This document shows, one piece after another, positions 1-8,304 of a DNA stretch of 14,831 nucleotides. This DNA comes from Lysobacterales bacterium (lineage in GTDB: Bacteria; Pseudomonadota; Gammaproteobacteria; Xanthomonadales; SZUA-5). The notes under the pieces were generated by a model, which worked only from the letters and a program-made list of their open reading frames with translations, was not told the origin of the DNA and did not search any database. The stretch spans positions 18,841 through 33,671 of the forward strand of contig JALHMH010000045.1 in the NCBI GenBank assembly GCA_022844165.1, given 5' to 3'. The position numbers and the translations under genes are program-made. Position 1 is the stretch's first letter. Each line of letters begins with the position of its first letter.

Positions 1-140
1 CCCAGCGGCATAGCCGCTGGGCGTTGTGCTCGGCACACGCCTGCGGCGTGCTCTGGCCAGTTCGCCCGGCCCAGCGGCATAGCCGCTGGGCGTTCGGCTC
101 GGCACACGCCTGCGGCGTGTAAGCGCCGAGCCTCACCCAC
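1..140. repeat. Tandem palindromic REP/BIME-like repeat, two ~50-bp units at 69-bp spacing (may continue left of the window)
   Basis: 1-50 and 70-119 are 48/50 identical. Each unit has hairpin CCCAGCGGC-ATA-GCCGCTGGG and hairpin CACGCC-TGC-GGCGTG. In copy 2 the second hairpin is extended by GGCTCGGC(96-103)/GCCGAGCC(125-132). The minus strand begins GTGG at 140, matching the GTRG REP tetranucleotide. Confidence 0.75.
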
Positions 141-199
141 TTGACACGGGCTCGCGTTGCGTCGAACCTTTGCTGCTCTGCACAAAACCGGCATGGCTC

Positions 200-1855
200 A
201 TGCGTAGCGACACCATCAAGGCCTTCCCAGAACGCGCTCCGGCTCGGGCAATGCTCCGGGCAACCGGCCTGACACCAGAGGATCTCGACAAGCCACTCAT
301 TGCAGTGATCAGCAGCTACAGCAACGTCACGCCGTGCAATATGCATCTTCGCGATCTGGCCGCTGCGGTGCAAAATGGCGTACGGCAGGCGGGCGGTACG
401 CCGATCGAAGGCAATACGATTGTCGTGTCCGATGGCATCAGCATGGGCACGCCGGGCATGCGCGCGAGCCTTGCCTCGCGGGACTGGATCGCCGATTCGA
501 TCGAGTTGTTTGTGCGCGGGCACTCCTTCGATGGCGTAGTCGTTCTGACCGGCTGCGATAAGACGATACCGGCCGCAGCAATGGCGCTGGCACGAATGAA
601 CATCCCAGGACTCGCACTTTACGGCGGCTCGATCATGCCGGGGCGCTTCCAGGACCGCGACGTCACGATCCAGGATGTATTCGAAGGTGTCGGCGCATGT
701 GCAGCCGGAAAGATGACGGCCGAACAACTGAAAGATCTGGAAGGCAAAGCCTGCCCAGGCGCTGGCGCTTGCGGTGGGCAGTTCACAGCCAACACCATGG
801 CCACGGCATTGGCCTTTCTCGGCATCGCAAGCATGGATGGTACGGATTTGCCGGCGCTCCATCCCCAGAAATCTGCTGCGGCCGAGACCGCCGGCAAGGC
901 TGCGGTCGATCTGGTCAAAGCACAACTGCTGCCTCGCCAGATCATGACACCACGAGCGTTCGAAAACGCCATCTCCGCAGTGATGCTGACCGGCGGATCG
1001 ACCAATGCCGTGCTGCACCTGCTGGCCATTGCGCGCGAAGCGGGCGTGCACCTGAATCTGGCAGACTTCGACGCAATCAGTCGCATCACGCCGGTACTCG
1101 CCGACCTTAAACCGGGCGGCAAGTACGCGGCACCGGACATGACGCTCGCTGGTGGTCTGCGGCTGGTCGCCCAGCGTCTAAAGCACCAGAATCGGTTGCA
1201 CGATGGAATCACTGTGAGCGGTGTCACCATGCATCGCGAAGCAGACGCCGCGCAGGAGCGCGCAGGCCAGAACGTGCTGCGCAGCTGGGATCAGCCGATC
1301 AAGCCCGAGGGCGGCATCGCTATTCTCAAAGGCACGCTGGCACCCGATGGCGCCGTTGCCAAGCTCGTCGGACATGATCGCCGACAACATATCGGGCCGG
1401 CGCGCGTTTTCGACAATGAACCGGACGCTTTCGCTGCTGTGCGTGAGGGTCGGATCGAGGCAGGTGATGTTATCGTGATTCGCCATGTCGGCCCAGCCGG
1501 CGCGCCCGGCATGCCGGAGATGCTTGCCGTGACTGCGGCTTTGGTGGGCGCCGGATTAGGCGACAGCGTAGCGCTCATCACAGACGGCCGCTTCAGCGGC
1601 GCCACGTACGGCTTTATGGTTGGCCACGTCGCACCGGAGGCGGCACGGGGAGGGCCGATCGCACTGATCGAAGACGGCGATCTGATTACGCTCGATATCG
1701 ATACTCGCCGCCTGGATGTCGACGCGCCCTTAGACCAAAGAGCTGCGCGTTATCAACCTAAGCCTGTTGTTGAATCCTATGGCGTCTTCTGGAAATACGC
1801 GCAACTGGTTGGCTCAGCGTCGGAAGGCGCGATGACCCATCCAGGTGCGATCTGA
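200..1855 (+). CDS. ilvD: Dihydroxy-acid dehydratase
   Basis: IlvD/Edd motifs [84 protein letters not shown] at 200 (MRSDTIK) is preferred over the TTG at 170. Confidence 0.96.
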   Translation: MRSDTIKAFPERAPARAMLRATGLTPEDLDKPLIAVISSYSNVTPCNMHLRDLAAAVQNGVRQAGGTPIEGNTIVVSDGISMGTPGMRASLASRDWIADSIELFVRGHSFDGVVVLTGCDKTIPAAAMALARMNIPGLALYGGSIMPGRFQDRDVTIQDVFEGVGACAAGKMTAEQLKDLEGKACPGAGACGGQFTANTMATALAFLGIASMDGTDLPALHPQKSAAAETAGKAAVDLVKAQLLPRQIMTPRAFENAISAVMLTGGSTNAVLHLLAIAREAGVHLNLADFDAISRITPVLADLKPGGKYAAPDMTLAGGLRLVAQRLKHQNRLHDGITVSGVTMHREADAAQERAGQNVLRSWDQPIKPEGGIAILKGTLAPDGAVAKLVGHDRRQHIGPARVFDNEPDAFAAVREGRIEAGDVIVIRHVGPAGAPGMPEMLAVTAALVGAGLGDSVALITDGRFSGATYGFMVGHVAPEAARGGPIALIEDGDLITLDIDTRRLDVDAPLDQRAARYQPKPVVESYGVFWKYAQLVGSASEGAMTHPGAI

Positions 1856-1897
1856 CCCCGTTTCACCCTCTTTATCCAAAATCGAGTCCGAGAGACC

Positions 1898-2914
1898 ATG
1901 ACCAAACTGTATTCCGAACACGACGTGCAACCCGAAGCCCTGAAAGGTCAGCGGATTGCGATCTTAGGTTATGGCAGTCAGGGCCGCGCGCAGGCGCTGA
2001 ACCTTCGCGACTCGGGTTTCGATGTGATCCCGGCATTGCGGCCGGGTGGGAAAACCTGGGCACAGGCCGAAGCCGATGGCTTCAAGCCCAAGGAGCCCAG
2101 CGTCGCTCTCAAGGACGCGCACGTCATCAGCATGCTTCTACCGGATACCGAACAGCCCAAAGCCTATGAGCAGTGGGTAGCACCCAACTTGAAGGCCGGT
2201 TCGCTACTGATGTTCGCGCATGGTTTCAACGTCCACTACGGCACGATTGTGCCACCCAAAGACGTCGACGTGGCACTCGTTGCGCCCAAAGCGCCCGGTA
2301 AGCTGGTCCGCCGTCAATACGAAGAGGGCCGTGGCGTGCCGAGCCTGGTCGCGGTACATCAAGACGCGACGGGCACAGCCAAAGCACGGGCATTGGCATG
2401 GGCATGGGGCGTCGGTTCCGCGCACGCGGGTGTACTCGAGACCACTTTTGCCGAAGAGACGGAAACCGATTTGTTTGGCGAACAGGCGGTGTTGTGCGGC
2501 GGCGCCACAGAATTGGTGCAAGCTGGATTCGAGACGCTCGTGCAAGCGGGCTATCAACCTGAAGTGGCCTATTTCGAGGTCCTGCACGAGCTCAAGCTGA
2601 TCGTCGATTTGTTGTACGAAGGCGGCATGGCACGCATGCACCAGTTCATCAGCGATACCGCCAAGTACGGCGATCTGACGCGTGGCCCACGCGTCATCAA
2701 CGGCAATGCCCGCAAAGCGATGCGCGAAATCCTGGAAGAGATCCGCAACGGAACGTTTGCCCGCGAGTGGATTGCGGAAAACGCCAACGGCGCACCGAAC
2801 TACAAGGCCCTGCTCGACCGCGACCTCGCCCACCCGATCGAGTCGGTGGGCAAACGTCTGCGCGCGCGCATGAGCTGGCTGCAAGCAGCACAACCCACCG
2901 AGAAAACGGATTGA
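1898..2914 (+). CDS. ilvC: Ketol-acid reductoisomerase, class I (short, 338 aa)
   Basis: GYGSQG Rossmann motif, [61 protein letters not shown]. Starts 42 bp after the ilvD stop. Confidence 0.97.
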   Translation: MTKLYSEHDVQPEALKGQRIAILGYGSQGRAQALNLRDSGFDVIPALRPGGKTWAQAEADGFKPKEPSVALKDAHVISMLLPDTEQPKAYEQWVAPNLKAGSLLMFAHGFNVHYGTIVPPKDVDVALVAPKAPGKLVRRQYEEGRGVPSLVAVHQDATGTAKARALAWAWGVGSAHAGVLETTFAEETETDLFGEQAVLCGGATELVQAGFETLVQAGYQPEVAYFEVLHELKLIVDLLYEGGMARMHQFISDTAKYGDLTRGPRVINGNARKAMREILEEIRNGTFAREWIAENANGAPNYKALLDRDLAHPIESVGKRLRARMSWLQAAQPTEKTD

Positions 2915-3002
2915 CGGCCGAACCCGATTCGAATGCCGAGTGAGCGCCGATCAGCGTATTGGTTCGTATCGTCGTTGACAGCGGAGATTACCGTGCCGCT
3001 AG

Positions 3003-3154
3003 CAGGCTGTTGAGAAACAGGCTGCGGGCGCGAACCCTGGATGGTTCGCACATGGGTCGAGCACGTAAGTGCTTGATCCATGGAGAGCGAGTCCGGACAT
3101 GTGCCGGACTCGCGACTTGAGAAACGCACAGGAAGTGCGTTTCTCAACATCGTG
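3003..3154. mobile_element. MITE-like non-autonomous element (152 bp), IS5/IS1182-like ends, highly structured interior
   Basis: Left end CAGGCTGTTGAGAAAC (3003-3018) and right end GTTTCTCAACATCGTG (3139-3154) form a 14/16 inverted repeat whose inner 11 bp are perfect. Flanks are CTAG (2999-3002) and CCAG (3155-3158), a possible target duplication. No transposase is present. The family assignment rests on recalled resemblance of the ends and is unverified. Confidence 0.7.
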
Positions 3155-3171
3155 CCAGGGCAGGAGATCGA

Positions 3172-3435
3172 GTGAACGAACACTTCGTTTCGCTACACGA
3201 GTTAAGCGCGATGGACGCGTTGTACGCCGAGCGATCGCCGAGTGGCCGTCCATCGGGTTGGGGGCCGCTGGTCGAGTCGTTGCGCGATGTGCGGCGCCTG
3301 ATCGAATCCGGTACGGCAGTGCGCATCGCCGACGGCCCAGTCCTCGGCAGTTGGTCTGAGTTTTATGCATGGGCGCATGGGCGTTACCACGCTCTCGAAG
3401 ACGGATACGACGCCTGGATCGGCGATGACAATTGA
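3172..3435 (+). CDS. Small hypothetical protein (87 aa), acidic and Trp/Tyr-rich C-terminus
   Basis: GTG start with AGGAG RBS at 3162-3166. Composition is protein-like (WSEFYAWAHGRYHALEDGYDAWIGDDN), unlike the Arg-rich shadow ORFs. Confidence 0.7.
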   Translation: MNEHFVSLHELSAMDALYAERSPSGRPSGWGPLVESLRDVRRLIESGTAVRIADGPVLGSWSEFYAWAHGRYHALEDGYDAWIGDDN

Positions 3436-3465
3436 GTCAGATCTTCTTAGAAGCGGCTTTGGCTT

Positions 3466-3828
3466 TTGCAGCCCCTGAAGTTTAGGATCAAACAAACCAT
3501 CGATCTGTCTCGCCCGGCGGTTACGCCAGTGGTTGCCGAAGTCTTGCTGTACGGCGCGCTCGTGTACGAATTGCGCGACGTGGCAACGGAACGCGATGCG
3601 ATGTTGGCCCGCCTCAAGGGTGCACTCGCCGCCGGTTTCCAGCGTGGAAGCTGGGACCTCAACCCGATGTTCGATGCCGTGTTGCCGCGACTGCCGGATG
3701 CTCGACAATCGTTCTATCGCAGCCTTGGGGATGCGCTTCTCGATCCTGATCGCGTGGCGGCCTTGGATTTGCTGCCCGAATGGCGCGCGTTGCAAGTGCG
3801 CGATCCGTTGGCACCGGATGCGGGCTGA
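3466..3828 (+). CDS. Hypothetical helical protein, possibly a 5'-truncated remnant of a larger gene
   Basis: The C-terminal ~95 aa look natural and amphipathic (AEVLLYGAL...LARLKGALAAGFQRGSWDLNPMF...LLPEWRAL). The TTG start is weak, there is no clear RBS, and the first ~20 aa look non-native. Confidence 0.5.
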   Translation: MQPLKFRIKQTIDLSRPAVTPVVAEVLLYGALVYELRDVATERDAMLARLKGALAAGFQRGSWDLNPMFDAVLPRLPDARQSFYRSLGDALLDPDRVAALDLLPEWRALQVRDPLAPDAG

Positions 3829-3982
3829 CCGAATGCGTGTCCTGATTTGATTAGGTGGCAATGTCAACAGCCGAGGGCGCCACGAAAGCGCTTTGTCGCC
3901 ACGCCCGGCGAGGGAAACCATCGATACCGGTCGCCGGATGTGCTTCATGCAGCGTTGGGCGCAGCCATCCACTGCGTTAACC

Positions 3983-4020
3983 GATGCGGCTCGATTTCGC
4001 GACGAAATCCGAGCCGCATC
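3983..4020. terminator. Strong hairpin between convergent genes, 14 bp after the S8 protease stop
   Basis: GATGCGGCTCG-ATTTCG-CGA-CGAAAT-C-CGAGCCGCATC: 17-bp stem with one bulge. No clear U-tract on either strand. Confidence 0.5.
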
Positions 4021-4034
4021 AGCCCATGAGACGC

Positions 4035-7000
4035 TTAACCCGCCGGAATGATGCGACGACGGGAAATAACAGTCGAGGCATTGGCCGTGTTGTTACTGCC
4101 GTTACTATCGTTCGCCGCACCTGCCGTAACGGTTGTGTTGAGCGTGCCGCTGGCAGTCGCAGGTACCGTCACGACGATCGTTGCGGTGCGCGTTGCGCTG
4201 GCAGGCGTTGCCCCGGCCCAGGTGCACACCACCGTCGGGCTACCGCTGCATGTGCCGCCGTTGCTGGCGACCGCAGACACAAAGATCGTCGGCGCCGGCA
4301 GGGGCAGCGAAATGCTGGCATTGTTCGCGCTGCCCGGCCCGTTGCTGGTCAGTGTCGCGACATACGTCAGCTGCGCGCCAGGCGACACCGGATCGGGACT
4401 GTCGCTCAGCGTGACACTGACATCGGCCGCTACCGAACAATTGGTTGCGCATACCGGCGATTGCCGCGTGATGCTGAGTCCCCAGCCGGCAAGAGAGCCC
4501 GAGTCGCCCGACAGATCATCGACCACATAAAGCGACCAAATACCGTTGGGATTTATCCCGTTGAAGTCGCTTAACGCACTGCCGTACGGTGCCGCCGGTG
4601 CCGGCGCGTTGAAGGTGTCGGTAGCGCCGATGTTGGTTGGGCGGAACGTACCAGAAACCAATGGGCCATTGTCTGGAAGCACGCTGGCTGCGCTGTCGCG
4701 TAAAGTGAAGTTCAGGTTCACCGCATCGGTTGAGCTGCCAACGTCCGACATGATCACCACGCGCTGCCCGCCCGGCCCGACCAACAGTATGTCGACATCA
4801 TCCGGGAACGTGTGGCTGAAGCTGTTCAAGCTGACCGCCACTTCCGTCACAGTCCCACTCAAACCGCTCACTGTGATGTTGCTGGGGTATGGATTGGCGA
4901 CACCCAGCGCTGCGATCGCGATGGGTGTGTTACTGCCAAAAAACGTCGTCGCGGACGTGGTAGCTCCCAGTACGAAGTTGAAACTCACGGTTCCCAAGTT
5001 GATCTGGCCATCTTGCAAAGCAAGCGTCGCGGTGATCGTGCCGCCGCAGCTGCCCGTCGCCGTAAAGGTGAAGGGTCGCGCCGCTGCCGCTCCGCCAGCG
5101 ATCAGACTGCCATAGGCCTGCGCCGCGCTCGGCGACGTAACGCCGCCGCTGCTTTGCAGGGTGGCGACTAGATTGGTGGTGTTCGCAACACCGACGTTCT
5201 GCAACGAGAAATCCACGGTCACGACTTCCGTTGGATCGACTGCTCCATTGTTCGGCGTGCAGCTGCCAGTCACCAGACTGGCGCCTGCTGCGGAGATCAC
5301 CGGCAGGCTCGCTGAGGTGGCGTTATGGACGACCAACGCGTAATGCTGATCGGTGGCATCTGCATTGCCGAGCACACCATTGCCGTTGAGCGCGGTTGCT
5401 CGAACGGCGACGGAAATCGGGGAACCGGCAGGCGTGCCGGCCGGCAACAGAACCTGCTCAACATTGTTACGCGTATCTGCGATGCCGCCCGTGGTGCTCA
5501 CGCCGGCGGCAAAGACGTTGCCTCGGTAAAGGTTACCCGCCACAGTCACTTCAAGGTCGAGATTATTGACCAACGCCGGATCGGCCACTGCGGGCGGATC
5601 GGTCCAGACCAGCGACACCCGTATCGGCGCAGCCGCCGACGACACGGTGCCGACAAAGGTACTGGTGTTGCCGACATTTTCGAGCGTCGTCGTTTGATCG
5701 ATGTATTGCGTGGCGATTCCGGTGTTCAGCACGCGACGGAGATTGACGCGCCCCCAGCCTTCGGCGCCATTCGGAATCGCGGCGGAAGCCGTACTGCCGG
5801 TCATCTCGGTGGCCCCGTTCAAGAGCGCCGCCTTGACCAACGCCGGCGATGGATTGGCGCCTGCATTCCCTGCTTTCCACCACTGCGTGAACAGCGCCGC
5901 AGCGCCCGCAACTTGCGGCGCGGCGTGTGAGGTGCCGCTGCTCCAGCGATGATTCGTGTCGATATTGCCGAACAAGGCGTCTGGCCCGGAGCGCCCGCCG
6001 CTGACCGCCTGCCCTGGGGCCGTAATGTCCGGTTTCACCCGACCATCGGCGGCAAAACCGCGCGATGAAAAGTCCGACACGTCTTCCAGACTGTTGGCAG
6101 CGCCGTCGATTTCTGGACGCAGGTTTTCCGATGACGCAACCGTAATCACATTCTTGGCGACTTTGGGGCGGGTCAGGCCGCTCGTCCCCTGATTCCCTGC
6201 CGAGAAAATAATGCTCAGCGGATCGATACTCGCCGCGGAGGAAGCGTCGCGCACGAAGCCGTCGAACTGCGCGGCGAGCGCGTCATAGGCATTGCCGTTC
6301 GTTCCCGCGCCCCAGCTGTTGTTGCTCAGGTTGCTGATGACGCCATTCAGGCCAGGGGTCGTCACCGCGTCGTTCGCGGTATTGGCCTCCACGCCTGTGT
6401 AACCAGATCGCAAGAACGGAATATTGACGATGTGCGCGTTCGGCGCGATACCGAGGCCATAGTTGTAGCCAGTGGGATCGAGCGTCGAGAACGGCGTGGT
6501 GCCGGCAATGATGCTCGCCTGCAGGTGGCCATGACCTTGTGCGCCAGCGGTTGCGCCGCGCAGCGGTCCGTTCACGGTGTTTGCGGCAGTCACGTAAAAA
6601 CCACCATCGCCGGGAATACCGACACCATCGTCGACAACGGCCACGGTCACGTTGTTGCCGGTCACGCCGAACTGCGCCAGCGGGTTATAGCCTGGAGGGT
6701 TCAGCACGTTTCCGACGAAGTTGCCGGCGACGATCTGCGCCGCGCGTTCGTCTTCGCGGGTCGGCGCGATGTACGGATCGACTGCAATGACGCCCGGCAA
6801 TGCGGACACCGACTTCAGATCCTCCGGCGCCAAGTACACGCGCAGCACATTGAAGTAGTTGTTAGGCAGGACCGCCTGGGCGATCACCTCTGGTTGTGAG
6901 CCAAATTGCTCAACCGTCTGACGCACCGATTCCAGACTAAAGCTCTCCAGCACAGCGATATCGTAGAGCGCCTTGAAGCTTTTGCCGAAGTTACCCGAGG

Positions 7001-7601
7001 GCTTGTCGTTCTGTGCTGCAAACACCCAATCGAGGGCAGGCGCGAGCTTGGCAGCGGCCGGCAGCGCGCCAACCCAACGTACCGTCGGCAGATCGGCCGC
7101 GGCCTCAACAGCACTGCGCCGGGCCTTCACCAGAAACGCCTGCTGCGGAAGGTACTGCAAAACGTCGAGACCACGCTTACGCAAATCGGCGAGCGTTGCA
7201 TCGCTCGCCGGCGCTGCGAGTTGCAGCACAAACACGCCTTCGCTGTCGGTCTTGACCCCGGCACAAGCGGCGCGCACAGAATCGGGGACTTCGCTGGCCG
7301 GATCGAAACTGAGATTTCGCAACTCAATGCGCGTGTCGAGCGGCCGCACGCGGCTTTCGATGAACTGCCCGGGCAGCGCCTGCCGCCCAGTCTTGGCCAC
7401 GCCAGAGACGATCACGTAATGGCCGTGATCGGCCACCACCGGGCCGAGAGATTTCGCAAATGCGTGATCGGCCGGAGTGGTTGTCTCAACGACACTCAGC
7501 TGTTTCAGCGCCGCGACCGGCGGCGCGCACAAATCTCCGCCAGACGCTGTTGAACTTGCCAGTACAACCAATCCGCCGATCCACCATCGCGACTGAACCA
7601 T
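4035..7601 (-). CDS. Secreted multidomain S8 (subtilisin-like) serine protease, ~1188 aa: signal peptide, prodomain, S8 catalytic domain, C-terminal jelly-roll, Ig-like domain, proprotein-convertase P-domain, DUF11-like domain
   Basis: Triad motifs VAVVDDG (Asp), GHGHLQASII (His) and GTSHAAPQVAG (Ser), oxyanion SAGNQG, FSSRG..DGRVKPDITAPG. LVWTDPP...LVNNLDL is a KP-43-type tail. HTFPDDVDILLVGPGG marks the P-domain, ADVSVTLSDSPDPVSPGAQLTY the DUF11-like domain. ATG at 7601 has a GGGGA RBS and encodes the signal MVQSRWWIGGLVVLASSTASG. Confidence 0.92.
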   Translation of the reverse strand: MVQSRWWIGGLVVLASSTASGGDLCAPPVAALKQLSVVETTTPADHAFAKSLGPVVADHGHYVIVSGVAKTGRQALPGQFIESRVRPLDTRIELRNLSFDPASEVPDSVRAACAGVKTDSEGVFVLQLAAPASDATLADLRKRGLDVLQYLPQQAFLVKARRSAVEAAADLPTVRWVGALPAAAKLAPALDWVFAAQNDKPSGNFGKSFKALYDIAVLESFSLESVRQTVEQFGSQPEVIAQAVLPNNYFNVLRVYLAPEDLKSVSALPGVIAVDPYIAPTREDERAAQIVAGNFVGNVLNPPGYNPLAQFGVTGNNVTVAVVDDGVGIPGDGGFYVTAANTVNGPLRGATAGAQGHGHLQASIIAGTTPFSTLDPTGYNYGLGIAPNAHIVNIPFLRSGYTGVEANTANDAVTTPGLNGVISNLSNNSWGAGTNGNAYDALAAQFDGFVRDASSAASIDPLSIIFSAGNQGTSGLTRPKVAKNVITVASSENLRPEIDGAANSLEDVSDFSSRGFAADGRVKPDITAPGQAVSGGRSGPDALFGNIDTNHRWSSGTSHAAPQVAGAAALFTQWWKAGNAGANPSPALVKAALLNGATEMTGSTASAAIPNGAEGWGRVNLRRVLNTGIATQYIDQTTTLENVGNTSTFVGTVSSAAAPIRVSLVWTDPPAVADPALVNNLDLEVTVAGNLYRGNVFAAGVSTTGGIADTRNNVEQVLLPAGTPAGSPISVAVRATALNGNGVLGNADATDQHYALVVHNATSASLPVISAAGASLVTGSCTPNNGAVDPTEVVTVDFSLQNVGVANTTNLVATLQSSGGVTSPSAAQAYGSLIAGGAAAARPFTFTATGSCGGTITATLALQDGQINLGTVSFNFVLGATTSATTFFGSNTPIAIAALGVANPYPSNITVSGLSGTVTEVAVSLNSFSHTFPDDVDILLVGPGGQRVVIMSDVGSSTDAVNLNFTLRDSAASVLPDNGPLVSGTFRPTNIGATDTFNAPAPAAPYGSALSDFNGINPNGIWSLYVVDDLSGDSGSLAGWGLSITRQSPVCATNCSVAADVSVTLSDSPDPVSPGAQLTYVATLTSNGPGSANNASISLPLPAPTIFVSAVASNGGTCSGSPTVVCTWAGATPASATRTATIVVTVPATASGTLNTTVTAGAANDSNGSNNTANASTVISRRRIIPAG

Positions 7602-7872
7602 CGAATCCCCCTGATCTGTGGTTGACGATGAGGATAACGCGAAGGTTCGGGCAAGCCCAGCAACGAAGTTTGACGACACAGAGGCACTTCCCGGCGAGAT
7701 CGGCTTCACCGAGTGGTCGTTTCGATTCAGCGCGGCTTGGTGAATCGCGCGCTGAGTTATCGTGCTTATTCGAATCCGCTGGCGACTTACTGACTGGCAA
7801 GTGCAAGAAACGTCGGGACAAGTTCGGTCTGGCTCGCGCATGATTGCAACGAATTCGGATTTGAGGTGCGCC

Positions 7873-8304
7873 GTGGCGACCATCCAACCAGACCAAAAAC
7901 CCAGCATCTGGCGCATTCTTGCGGCTACTCTCGCAGCGCAGATACTTCTCGTACTTGCGGCGGTCGCTTGGGTCGCGATTTACAGTCATCTGATCGCACC
8001 GGATCAACCCATGACTGCCTACCACGCGCATGCGCAAGTTTCAGGACCGTGGGTCTCTTTGATCGTCGGAGTTCCGGTCTTCCTGACTCTGTCCATATGG
8101 CTGGCGCGAGCAAGGCCTGCGGCAGCCAAATCCAGCGCGCTGTTGTTCGCAGCCGTTTACATCGCGTTCGACCTCGCGATCTTGTTGTTGTTGGCAACGA
8201 CCGCAATTCCGTGGGCAATGGTGATCCTGAACTATGTCGCAAAAACCGGTGCGGCCTGGTGGGGCGCGCACCACGCCACGCAAAGGTTTGAGCCTGCGGC
8301 ATGA
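7873..8304 (+). CDS. Small integral membrane protein (~143 aa, ~4 TM helices)
   Basis: Four hydrophobic stretches. GTG at 7873 has a GAGG RBS at 7863-7866. The stop overlaps the next ATG (ATGA, 8301-8304). Confidence 0.8.
   Translation: MATIQPDQKPSIWRILAATLAAQILLVLAAVAWVAIYSHLIAPDQPMTAYHAHAQVSGPWVSLIVGVPVFLTLSIWLARARPAAAKSSALLFAAVYIAFDLAILLLLATTAIPWAMVILNYVAKTGAAWWGAHHATQRFEPAA

Noticed and set aside
1-140. CRISPR array
   Set aside because: Only two ~50-bp units with a 19-bp linker and no cas genes in view. The architecture fits a REP-like repeat.
141-169. Sigma70 promoter for ilvD (TTGACA at 141-146)
   Set aside because: The -10 position reads GAACCT, too weak to call without TSS data.
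2975-3005. Promoter from TTGACA at 2975-2980
   Set aside because: No acceptable -10 hexamer at 16-18 bp spacing.
2913-3158. Known ncRNA (SRP, 6S, tmRNA, tRNA, T-box, retron msr-msd) or integron attC
   Set aside because: None of the diagnostic motifs are present, there is no reverse transcriptase or integrase nearby, and there is no RYYYAAC...GTTRRRY pair. Terminal inverted repeats explain it better.
3864-3872. TCAACAGCC as a second right end making a composite element carrying ORFs 3172 and 3466
   Set aside because: Only a 9-bp match, with no CTAG flank. Compatible with chance.
7602-7916. 105-aa N-terminal extension of the S8 ORF
   Set aside because: It overlaps the divergent gene and its promoter region. 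The RBS and signal peptide point to ATG 7601.
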